A stretch of 20,000 nucleotides of DNA. It comes from an uncultured virus (IMG/VR IMGVR_UViG_3300042867_000770) (Duplodnaviria; Heunggongvirae; Uroviricota; Caudoviricetes). Both the position numbers and the translations under genes were made by a program. The DNA lies in the IMG/VR virus record IMGVR_UViG_3300042867_000770; one strand, written 5' to 3'. Each line of letters begins with the position of its first letter. Within the stretch, counting starts at the first letter, position 1. The notes under the pieces are model-generated. The model saw nothing but the letters and a program-made list of their open reading frames with translations. It had not been told where the DNA came from and ran no database searches. Positions 8,364 to 17,098 of the stretch are shown piece by piece.

Positions 8364-9581
8364 ATGCCCGACACAAGTATAAATTACAATATTGATTCTG
8401 ACAGAGTACGCTGGCCTGGTTCTGGCTCCGCTATCACAACCGGAAGTACTCCATTTGGATTTTATGAAACCGACTCGCAATTCATATCAGAAGCACCAAA
8501 TGCTGCCAGATGGGCAGCAACTCGTTTGGGTTATCCCATTGTTGATATTGAAATGATAGACATAAATTTTTATGCATGTTTTGAAGAAGCTGTGAATGAA
8601 TATGGAGCACAAGTAAATCAATTTAATATTCGTAATAATATTGGTGTGCTACAAGGAACTTCCGCAAATGTAAATCTTACTCAAACAAATGTGGCTGGCA
8701 GTGGATTGCCACAACTCATAAAATTAGCTAATGGATATGGCACAGAGTTTGGTGTGGGTGGAAATGTGGATTGGAAAAAAGGTTATGTTGATGTTCAAAA
8801 AGGACAACAATCATATGATCTACAAGCATTGTGGGGAGATGTGAGTGAAAGTTTTGATAGAATTGAAATTCGCAGAATTTTTCATAACTCACCTCCAGCA
8901 TCCGCTCGTATATATGATCCATTTAGTATGACAGGTATGAGTTACAGCAATGTATTAAATGAAATGGGATTTGCTGGTTATTCTCCTGCTACTCAATTTT
9001 TGATGACACCAATATTTGAAGATTTGTTGCGTATGCAAGCAATTGAGTTCAATGATTTGGTTCGTAAATCTGGATATAGCTTTGAATTGGTTAATAATAA
9101 AGTAAAAATATTTCCAATTCCTACTTATGACTACAAGATGTATTTTGAGTATCTGCTTGTTAAAGACAGAGACAGTCAGGGCATTTATAATTCTGGTTCA
9201 TTTTATACAGCAAGCGGTTCGTATGTTTCTTCCAATACCATTGGAGATTATAGCAATGTTCCATACAATAATATTCCATACAGTGGCATCAATAGTGTTG
9301 GCAAGCAATGGATAAGAAAATACTTTTTAGCATTGTGCAAAGAACTATTGGGCAGTATTCGTCAAAAGTATCAAACGATTCCAATACCAGGTGCAGAAGT
9401 TACATTGGATGGTGCTGAACTGCGTCAAGAAGCATCTGCTGAAAAAACAGATTTGATTACACAGTTGAGAGAGAATTTAGAAGCAACTGGTCGCAAGGCT
9501 CAGATGGAAATGCGTGAAGCAGAAGCACAACAGATGTTATCCACTCTACAAAAAGTTCCGCTTGGAATTTATATTGGTTAA
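8364..9581 (+). CDS. Neck/head-tail adaptor protein (T4 gp13-like)
   Basis: RLGYPIVDIE near the N-terminus. WIRKYFLALCKELLG.IR.KY..IP.PG..VTLDG..L..EA..EK..L and a terminal P.GIYIG are typical of gp13-like proteins. Synteny fits. Confidence 0.85.
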   Translation: MPDTSINYNIDSDRVRWPGSGSAITTGSTPFGFYETDSQFISEAPNAARWAATRLGYPIVDIEMIDINFYACFEEAVNEYGAQVNQFNIRNNIGVLQGTSANVNLTQTNVAGSGLPQLIKLANGYGTEFGVGGNVDWKKGYVDVQKGQQSYDLQALWGDVSESFDRIEIRRIFHNSPPASARIYDPFSMTGMSYSNVLNEMGFAGYSPATQFLMTPIFEDLLRMQAIEFNDLVRKSGYSFELVNNKVKIFPIPTYDYKMYFEYLLVKDRDSQGIYNSGSFYTASGSYVSSNTIGDYSNVPYNNIPYSGINSVGKQWIRKYFLALCKELLGSIRQKYQTIPIPGAEVTLDGAELRQEASAEKTDLITQLRENLEATGRKAQMEMREAEAQQMLSTLQKVPLGIYIG

Positions 9582-9584
9582 AAA

Positions 9585-9992
9585 ATGAAACCTTTTTCTA
9601 TATTAGATATGATAATGTCCAAAGGTGAAAGACGACGACTAAAGTATGTTGGTGTGAAGAAAACTATGAAGCCGCCAACAAATTTTACTTCATTAGAAAT
9701 AAAGTATTATAATATGCTTGATGAAATTGGTGTGTATTTTATTCATCAATATCCAATGGGTGGTAGATTTTATGATGCATATCTGCCAGATGAAAATATT
9801 TTATTTGAATTTGATGGAGCATTTTGGCATCCAAAAACTGCTGAAGATGCAAAGTATATATTTCAAAAAAAGAGTATGAGAGTAGATGAGCTAAAAAATA
9901 AAATAGCTGCTGATAAAGGATACAAAATTATTCGCATACGCGAAGATGAACCAATCACATCAGAACAAATGAAAAAGTTGATATTTCCATAA
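9585..9992 (+). CDS. DUF559/Vsr-like PD-(D/E)xK endonuclease
   Basis: TSLE, QYP, YDAYLP..NILFEFDGAFWH, D..KN..A...GYKIIRIRE. Confidence 0.85.
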   Translation: MKPFSILDMIMSKGERRRLKYVGVKKTMKPPTNFTSLEIKYYNMLDEIGVYFIHQYPMGGRFYDAYLPDENILFEFDGAFWHPKTAEDAKYIFQKKSMRVDELKNKIAADKGYKIIRIREDEPITSEQMKKLIFP

Positions 9993-9998
9993 AAGTAT

Positions 9999-12749
9999 AT
10001 GCCAATAAAATATTTAAATAGAAGTAATATACCAACTGTTTTAGCAGGAACTCAAAAAGCAATATTTGGGTATGGAGCTACAAGTGTCGCTGTTTCAATG
10101 ACAAATCTTGTTAGTAACACGGGTGTAGTAGCAACAGACACGACGGGTGTTGGAACGGCAAGATATTCTCTAGCCGCAGCGGGTTATGGTACAGACAAAG
10201 CAATATTTGGATACGGATACTCAACCACATATGTTTCAATGACCAATCTTGTAAGTGATACAGGAGTTGTATCAACTGATACAGCCGGTATTGGTACGGC
10301 TAGATATGAATTAGCAGCAGCAGGTTATGGAGTGGGCAAAGCTATATTTGGATATGGAAGGACGGCTAGTGGTACAGCAACAACCAATCTGGTAAGTAAT
10401 ACAGGTGTTGTGGCGAGTAATACAACGGGTGTTGGCACAGCCAGATTTCAACTAGCAGCGGCGGGTTATGGAAATGACAAAGTTATATTTGGATATGGAA
10501 CCACGGGCACTGTTACGGCAGTAACCAATCTCGTAAGCAATGCGGGTGTAGTAGCAACAGACACGACGGGTGTTGGAACAGCAAGACAAGGTCCAGCAGC
10601 AGCCGGTTATGGTAGTGACAAAGCAATATTTGGGTATGGATATACCGCCGCTGCTTATGCGTCAATAACCAATCTTGTAAGTAATACAGGTGTAGTGGCA
10701 ACCGATACAACTGGCGTTGGCACAGCCAGATATATATTAGCCGCAGCAAGTTATGGATCAGATAAAGCTATATTTGGATATGGAGATAATGGTCCGGTTC
10801 TATCAATGACCAATCTGGTAAGCAACACTGGTGTTGTAGCAAATAACACAACGGGCGTGGGAACAGCAAGATATGGTCTAGCAGCGGCGGGATTTTCAAT
10901 AACTACAATACCAGCGCCCGGTGGAATAAAATATAAGAATATTAGTAATGTTCCAACTACACAAAAAGCTATATTTGGGTATGGGTATAGTGGCGGCAAT
11001 GTTTCAATGACCAACCTTGTTAGCAACAATGGTGTTGTAGCAAATGATACAACGGGTGTTGGTACTGCGAGATATCTACTAGCAGCGGCGGGGTATGGCA
11101 CCGACAAAGCTATATTTGGATATGGACAAAATGGTTCTGTCGTATTTTCAATGACAAATCTGGTTAGTAATACGGGCGTCGTAGCAAATGACACGACCGG
11201 CGTGGGTACAGCAAGAAATCAAATAGCGGCGGCTGGGTATGGTACTGACAAAGCAATTTTTGGATATGGAAACAACGCTGTGGTCGATCAGTCAGTGACC
11301 AACAAAGTAAGCAACACCGGCGTTGTAGCAACTGATACAGCGGGAGTTGGTACAGCAAGACCCGCTCTAGCAGCAGCTGGCTATGGAACCGATAAAGCTA
11401 TATTTGGTTATGGATATGTTACTTTATCAATGACCAATCTAGTAAGCAACACTGGTGTTGTATCAACAGACACAACAGGTGTTGGAACGGGTAGATCATA
11501 TCCATCGGCAGCGGGTTATGGGTCAGATAAAGCTATATTTGGATATGGATATAATGGCTCTGTCACATTTTCAATGACCAATCTTGTTAGTAATACAGGC
11601 GTTGTAGCAACCGATACAACTGGCGTTGGAACGGCGAGGAGTGGTTTGGCAGCAGCGGGCTATGGATCAGACAAAGCTATATTTGGATATGGACAAAATG
11701 GCGCAACTTACTACTCAATGACAAATCTTGTAAGCAACACAGGAGTTGTAGCAACAGATACAACGGGGGTTGGTACAGCAAGAGCCGCTCTAGCAGCAGC
11801 AAGTTATTCAAGTTCAATACCAGCACCAAGTGGATTAAAATTTAGAAAAGTATTTGCTGATCCTATTATTGTATCAGGAACACAAAAAGCTATATTTGGA
11901 TATGGAGATAATAGTTCCGTTTTAACTACAATCACAAATCTTGTAAGTAATACAGGTGTTGTAGCAGCTGACACAACGGGGGTTGGAACTGGGAGACGTG
12001 GTTTAGCAGCGGCTGGTTATGGAAGTGACAAAGCAATATTTGGATATGGATATAATGGCACTACACATTATTCAATGACAAATCTTGTTAGTAATACGGG
12101 TGTTGTAGCAACAGACACGACCGGTGTCGGTACGGCGAGACAAATTCTAGCAGCGGCGGGTTATGGAACAGACAAAGCACTGTTTGGATATGGTACGGTA
12201 GGTTTTACAACATTTTATTCAATAACTAATCTGGTAAGCAACACAGGTGTTGTATCAAATGACACAACGGGTGTTGGCACATCTAGATTTGGTCCAGCAG
12301 CTGCTAGTTATGGAACAGATAAAGCTATATTTGGATATGGATATAATGGTATAGGTTTATCAATGACCAATCTTGTAAGTAACACCGGTGTTGTATCAAA
12401 TGATACAGCGGGTGTTGGGACTGCAAGGTGGGTCTTGGCGGCGGCAGGTTATGGAACAGACAAAGCACTATTTGGATATGGATATAATGGTTCTGTCGGA
12501 GTATCAATGACCAATCTTGTAAGTAATACAGGTGTTGTAGCCACAGACACGACTGGTGTTGGTACTGGGAGAGATTCTCTTGCAGCGGCGGGTTATGGTA
12601 GTGATAAAGCAATATTTGGGTATGGATATACCACGGTTGCAGTTTCAATGACCAATCTTGTAAGTAATACTGGTGTTGCAGCAAATGACACAACCGGTGT
12701 TGGAACGGCAAGATTTGGTCTAGCAGCAGCAGGATACTCACTAACATAA
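9999..12749 (+). CDS. Triple six-bladed Kelch-like beta-propeller repeat protein, putative virion-associated adhesin
   Basis: 18 repeats of 45-49 aa (KAIFGYG-var-SMTNLVSNTGVVATDTTGVGTAR-var-LAAAGYG) in three blocks of six separated by 20-23-aa linkers. The fold and role are inferred. Confidence 0.8.
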   Translation: MPIKYLNRSNIPTVLAGTQKAIFGYGATSVAVSMTNLVSNTGVVATDTTGVGTARYSLAAAGYGTDKAIFGYGYSTTYVSMTNLVSDTGVVSTDTAGIGTARYELAAAGYGVGKAIFGYGRTASGTATTNLVSNTGVVASNTTGVGTARFQLAAAGYGNDKVIFGYGTTGTVTAVTNLVSNAGVVATDTTGVGTARQGPAAAGYGSDKAIFGYGYTAAAYASITNLVSNTGVVATDTTGVGTARYILAAASYGSDKAIFGYGDNGPVLSMTNLVSNTGVVANNTTGVGTARYGLAAAGFSITTIPAPGGIKYKNISNVPTTQKAIFGYGYSGGNVSMTNLVSNNGVVANDTTGVGTARYLLAAAGYGTDKAIFGYGQNGSVVFSMTNLVSNTGVVANDTTGVGTARNQIAAAGYGTDKAIFGYGNNAVVDQSVTNKVSNTGVVATDTAGVGTARPALAAAGYGTDKAIFGYGYVTLSMTNLVSNTGVVSTDTTGVGTGRSYPSAAGYGSDKAIFGYGYNGSVTFSMTNLVSNTGVVATDTTGVGTARSGLAAAGYGSDKAIFGYGQNGATYYSMTNLVSNTGVVATDTTGVGTARAALAAASYSSSIPAPSGLKFRKVFADPIIVSGTQKAIFGYGDNSSVLTTITNLVSNTGVVAADTTGVGTGRRGLAAAGYGSDKAIFGYGYNGTTHYSMTNLVSNTGVVATDTTGVGTARQILAAAGYGTDKALFGYGTVGFTTFYSITNLVSNTGVVSNDTTGVGTSRFGPAAASYGTDKAIFGYGYNGIGLSMTNLVSNTGVVSNDTAGVGTARWVLAAAGYGTDKALFGYGYNGSVGVSMTNLVSNTGVVATDTTGVGTGRDSLAAAGYGSDKAIFGYGYTTVAVSMTNLVSNTGVAANDTTGVGTARFGLAAAGYSLT
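10050..12740 (+). repeat. 18 coding repeats of ~141-144 bp in three modules: 10050-10898, 10959-11810, 11880-12740
   Basis: Counted directly from the translation and DNA. Confidence 0.95.
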
Positions 12750-12757
12750 AAATTTAT

Positions 12758-13225
12758 ATGAAAGGAAGATATTTTAGCACACGCGACTTAAACTTAATCA
12801 ATTCTCTTAATGGTGAATTGATGGGAAATATTATTGAAAATCTTATTCAAATATTTAAAATTTGTCCAAATGAAACCAAAACAAATATATATGGTGAAAC
12901 TTCATCAGAAACTGGTAAATGGTATTTTCCAGCAGTTCAAATATCTGCACTTATTGAAAGAGCTGAAATGACGGCAGAATTTGACGATTTCGGACCAAAT
13001 AGAAATCAAGATCATATTTTCAAGATGCGTGAAAAAATGTTAAAGCAATTAGAATTTTATCCAGAAATTGGCGATGTAGTATCTTGGAATGATAGATATT
13101 ATGAAATTGATAATGTAATACAAGAACAGCTACTTGGAGGTCAAAGCGACAAGAGTCATAGTATAGTTTGTAATAGTCATTATACCAAATATACATCACT
13201 CAATATAATGGAAAGAAATCAATAA
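12758..13225 (+). CDS. Neck/head-closure protein (T4 gp14-like)
   Basis: NIYGE, F.DFG, PEIGDVV.WN..YYEI..V. Its position between gp13-like and gp15-like genes fits. Confidence 0.75.
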   Translation: MKGRYFSTRDLNLINSLNGELMGNIIENLIQIFKICPNETKTNIYGETSSETGKWYFPAVQISALIERAEMTAEFDDFGPNRNQDHIFKMREKMLKQLEFYPEIGDVVSWNDRYYEIDNVIQEQLLGGQSDKSHSIVCNSHYTKYTSLNIMERNQ

Positions 13226-13229
13226 TTTT

Positions 13230-14546
13230 ATGGCATGGCGTGGACCAACAACTAAACCAGTGGCAAATAAACCACCACATAATCCAATAAATCATGGACA
13301 TGAAATGGCTGAATCTAAAAAGCCAGTAGTAGAGGCTGCTTATGGTCCAAATCACAAGCCAAATAGAGCATATGATTTACGCAGAGACACAGATACTCAA
13401 AAGAATTTTTCAGTTACACTCATTGATATTGATACTGCTATTTTAACACATCTTGATACTGTTATATCTCCTACAATAATAGATGCTGGTCGTCAAATAA
13501 AAGTGCCAATAAATTATGCTTCACCAGAAAAATGGAAATCTATTCAACAAGATGGTGTGATCAGAGATCATAATGGTAAAATACAAACACCAGTTATTGC
13601 TTTTCGCAGAAGCACCATGCAACGCAATGATAATTTAATTACACTCAATCGTTACTTACAATATCCAGCAGTAAAACATTTTTCTGAAAAGAATAAATAT
13701 GATAGATTTTCTGCCATGTCTGGATTTATGCCTGTGAAAGAAATTTATAGTGTAGCAATGCCAGATCATGTTATTATTAACTATGAATTTATTATATGGA
13801 CAGAACTGATTGAACAAGGCAATGCTGTTGTAGAAGCAATAAATTTTGCTACAGAAGATTATTGGGGTGATAAAAATAGATTCAAATTTAGAACAAGTAT
13901 CAGCGATTATAATTTTGAAACAACAAATGATGCTGGTCAAGATCGTATTGTACGCAGCACATTTAGCATGATGGTAAATGCTTATCTATTACCAGATAAA
14001 TTTGAAAATTATAAATCAGTTGTTCAAAAAGCATTTACACCAAGAAAAGTTGTATTTGATGTTCATGAAAAAATTGTTGGTACAATTGGACAATCTGGAG
14101 AACGTACATCTGTGTCTGTTAATGATGGAAACTTGGCTGATTCAAATCAACCACCAATTTCTCAAAATATAAATTATAATATCGTAAATCAAAACAGTAC
14201 ATTGGAAGTGTTGAATATTGTTGGTGGAGGGGATGGTGGAGCTACTGGATCATTCACCGCAAACTCTGTAACAATTTCTGGTTCTGCTGATATAGATTCT
14301 CAATTGATTGGCGATGGAAATGCAGCAAGATGGTTGGTTTCTATTTCTAATGGATCTGACATCAAAGTTAATGAAGTTATGTCAAGTTGGAACAATGTGT
14401 CTTCCAGTTTTTATGTAACAGAAGTAAGTCAAATTGGATATGTGCCAGTATCATTGTCTGTAAATAATGTGGGTGGTAGCATACACTTGTTGGCTACTCC
14501 TTTATCTGGAACATGGACACTTAAATATATAAAGATGGTTGTATGA
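13230..14546 (+). CDS. Tail terminator/sheath stabiliser (T4 gp15-like) with an extra C-terminal beta domain
   Basis: KVPINYASPEKW, KIQTPVIAFRR, PDHVIINYEFIIWT...Q.N..VE.I and F...AYL are gp15-like. About 160 extra residues follow PRKVVF. Confidence 0.78.
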   Translation: MAWRGPTTKPVANKPPHNPINHGHEMAESKKPVVEAAYGPNHKPNRAYDLRRDTDTQKNFSVTLIDIDTAILTHLDTVISPTIIDAGRQIKVPINYASPEKWKSIQQDGVIRDHNGKIQTPVIAFRRSTMQRNDNLITLNRYLQYPAVKHFSEKNKYDRFSAMSGFMPVKEIYSVAMPDHVIINYEFIIWTELIEQGNAVVEAINFATEDYWGDKNRFKFRTSISDYNFETTNDAGQDRIVRSTFSMMVNAYLLPDKFENYKSVVQKAFTPRKVVFDVHEKIVGTIGQSGERTSVSVNDGNLADSNQPPISQNINYNIVNQNSTLEVLNIVGGGDGGATGSFTANSVTISGSADIDSQLIGDGNAARWLVSISNGSDIKVNEVMSSWNNVSSSFYVTEVSQIGYVPVSLSVNNVGGSIHLLATPLSGTWTLKYIKMVV

Positions 14547-16957
14547 TTCAAAACGCATTTATAGCTTCAAATGGCTTGATTGTAAATGGAAATGCCGAAA
14601 TTAACGGAGATTTGACCGTGAGCGGCTTTGCATATGCTTCATCAAGTTATGCTATCACAGCAAGTTATGCTTTGAGTTATAGTGGAACAAGTGGAACAAG
14701 TGGTGCCAACGGAAGTAGTGGTGCCAGTGGAACAGACGGCAGCAGTGGAACCAGCGGAGCCAACGGAAGTAGTGGTGCCAGTGGAACAGACGGCAGCAGT
14801 GGAACCAGCGGAGCCAACGGAAGTAGTGGTGCCAGTGGAACAGACGGCAGCAGTGGCACAAGCGGAGCCAACGGAAGTAGTGGTGCCAGTGGAACAGACG
14901 GCAGCAGTGGAACCAGCGGAGCCAACGGAAGTAGTGGTGCCAGTGGAACAGACGGCAGCAGTGGAACCAGCGGCAGCAGTGGAAACACCGGAGCCAGCGG
15001 CAGCAGTGGCACAAGCGGCAGCAGTGGAAACACCGGAGCCAGCGGCAGCAGTGGCACAAGCGGCAGCAGTGGAAACACCGGAGCCAGCGGCAGCAGTGGC
15101 ACAAGCGGCAGCAGTGGAACCAGCGGAGCTGGCACCATTTCTGGCGGAACATCTAATTATGTTGCAAGATTTACCGGTGCAACAACATTAACTACCGGTT
15201 CAATATTTGACAATGCAACAAATGTTGGCATTGGAAAAGCAAATCCAAACGCAAAACTTGATGTATACGGTGATACAATAATTACAGGTAGTTTATCAGT
15301 GACTGGGAACATTACTAATATAGGTAATGTCAGTGCAAACAGCATAACGGTTGCTGGGCAACCAACAACTTATGGTACAGTAAATCCTGATTATATTAAC
15401 GCAGGTAGAATAACTTCCGACCAAACCGGTGCAGGTTCAGGTAGTGATATTATATTTAATTATGCACCTGTAAGTAGTGGTATATCTCTTAACACATCAA
15501 CGGGTGTATTCACATTAACCGCAGGTAAAACATACAGTTTATTTGCAGAATTAAGTTTCAGCAATTTTAGTGATACAGCAAATGGTTATGAAATATACGA
15601 TTGGGTAGATGCAACAACAAATACTAGATTAGTCACAACTGGTATAGGTGCTGGTATAGGTGAGAATATCAATAGAAATACAAATGAATTTAATGCAACA
15701 TCTACTACTTTAATTTATACCCCAACTACAAACCAAACTGTAAAAGTTCGTATTGTAGAGGCGGCGGGAACAGTAACTGTCAGAGCAGGTATTGGAACAA
15801 AAGCAATTATTCAACAAATAAATCCCACCATAGCTATTCAAGCAACTGCTACTGGTACGGTTAGCACGAACTATGCAAAATACACAAGGTCTGCACAACA
15901 AACTGGGTTATCAAATGGATCTGTTGTTGTTTGCAATGTGATAGAAAATGCAGGTGGATCGGCAATATCAGTCAATACAGGAAGTGGTCAAGTTACATTG
16001 TCCGCTGGTAAAACTTATAGATTAAAAGGAATGATTCCCGGTTTCACTACTAGCGGTGCGAACGTAAGACCACAGTTCTGTTGGTATAATGAAACTACAT
16101 TAACATATATAGGTTCGTCTGCCGAATCATACAGTCCGAGCGATGCTGCTGGATACGGAGCATTTGGAGGCACAGCTGAAGCAATTATTACCACAGCCGC
16201 AACAACCGTGACATCGTTTAGATTATTAGCAGGTGCGACCAATTTAGCAGGTATAGGCGGTAATGCCGATTTTTCTACTACCGGAAGTTATCCGTGGATT
16301 GACATACAAGAAATAGGATCAATCTTTGCTCTAAATGCATTGGACACAATGACCCTAACAGGCGCTGTTTCAGCCAGCGGTAATGTAACCGGACAAAACT
16401 TAATATCATCAAACGCAAGTGGTAATGAAGGTGGAGAAATACAACTTGCTAAATCTCCAAATAGTACCTTATCTGGAAGTAATGTTGTCATTGATCAATA
16501 CATTGATAGAATTAGATTTTTTGAAAGCGGCGGTAGCTCAAGAGGTGCATATATTGATCTATCAACAGCACCGTCGGGGGTAGGTTTTTTAATTAATAAT
16601 AGAGCAAGTGGTATTGTTGATGCCGGTACAGATGTTACATTAGGAAATTTGAAAGTAAGATTATCAACATCGGGAAATAGAAGTTTGCAAGTATCAACTG
16701 TTTCAGGAACATATTCAGTTTATGGCAGTAGTGTATATAGTACGGGAGGTCCAGGCGGTACATCAATAACAGACAATGCGCCATTAACAATTACAACCAC
16801 ACCCACATATATTAATGCGGGATATAGTTTTGGGCTAGGAGGATATACTGATACTTGGTTGCTTATGTCCACGGCCAGTAACATTGCTTGGAGAATAACA
16901 TTGATAGTTGGTAGTAGTTACAACAACAATATGATATGTATTGAAAGATTGGTATAA
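14543..16957 (+). CDS. Fibre/appendage protein: Gly-X-Y tract, NVGIG..P..KLDV motif, two tandem C1q/BclA-like domains
   Basis: GTS/GAN/GSS/GTD triplets at 14684-15130. NVGIGKANPNAKLDVYG near 15221. Duplicated GIS.NT.TG.FTL.AGKTY.L motif. ATGA overlap with the upstream gene. Confidence 0.8.
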   Translation: MIQNAFIASNGLIVNGNAEINGDLTVSGFAYASSSYAITASYALSYSGTSGTSGANGSSGASGTDGSSGTSGANGSSGASGTDGSSGTSGANGSSGASGTDGSSGTSGANGSSGASGTDGSSGTSGANGSSGASGTDGSSGTSGSSGNTGASGSSGTSGSSGNTGASGSSGTSGSSGNTGASGSSGTSGSSGTSGAGTISGGTSNYVARFTGATTLTTGSIFDNATNVGIGKANPNAKLDVYGDTIITGSLSVTGNITNIGNVSANSITVAGQPTTYGTVNPDYINAGRITSDQTGAGSGSDIIFNYAPVSSGISLNTSTGVFTLTAGKTYSLFAELSFSNFSDTANGYEIYDWVDATTNTRLVTTGIGAGIGENINRNTNEFNATSTTLIYTPTTNQTVKVRIVEAAGTVTVRAGIGTKAIIQQINPTIAIQATATGTVSTNYAKYTRSAQQTGLSNGSVVVCNVIENAGGSAISVNTGSGQVTLSAGKTYRLKGMIPGFTTSGANVRPQFCWYNETTLTYIGSSAESYSPSDAAGYGAFGGTAEAIITTAATTVTSFRLLAGATNLAGIGGNADFSTTGSYPWIDIQEIGSIFALNALDTMTLTGAVSASGNVTGQNLISSNASGNEGGEIQLAKSPNSTLSGSNVVIDQYIDRIRFFESGGSSRGAYIDLSTAPSGVGFLINNRASGIVDAGTDVTLGNLKVRLSTSGNRSLQVSTVSGTYSVYGSSVYSTGGPGGTSITDNAPLTITTTPTYINAGYSFGLGGYTDTWLLMSTASNIAWRITLIVGSSYNNNMICIERLV
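14702..15106 (+). repeat. Near-perfect tandem repeats: 54 bp x5 (14702-14971) then 45 bp x3 (14972-15106)
   Basis: The units encode GANGSSGASGTDGSSGTS and GSSGNTGASGSSGTS. Confidence 0.93.
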
Positions 16958-16973
16958 TCAAACATATTCAAAT

Positions 16974-17002
16974 ACTGAGAACATTCTCAGTTAAATAACT
17001 GA
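16974..17002. promoter_or_regulatory. Two overlapping intergenic inverted repeats
   Basis: ACTGAGAA-CA-TTCTCAGT (16974-16991) and TCAGTTA-AA-TAACTGA (16987-17002). Function unknown. Confidence 0.4.
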
Positions 17003-17098
17003 CGCAACATTGTCTGTATAATTTCTTTGTATTATTATAAATAATTTTAGAGCATATGATATTCTTGGAGATATTTATGGTGAGTACTAATTACATTT

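Noticed and set aside
9999..12749. Diversity-generating retroelement as the source of blade variation
   Set aside because: There is no reverse transcriptase or non-coding template repeat in the window. The variable loops differ in length, and synonymous changes occur throughout the framework, unlike adenine-specific mutagenesis. A remote DGR cannot be excluded.
9999..12749. CRISPR-like array (constant repeats with variable inserts)
   Set aside because: The repeats are ~140 bp, in frame and degenerate at third codon positions, so they are protein-coding. No cas genes are present.
14655..15191. Overlapping ORFs of 165, 153 and 169 aa
   Set aside because: These are alternative-frame and antisense readings of the 54/45-bp tandem repeats within ORF 14543.
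16958..17098. tRNA or other known ncRNA in the intergenic gaps
   Set aside because: No cloverleaf, T-loop or other recognisable RNA family signature; only short palindromes.
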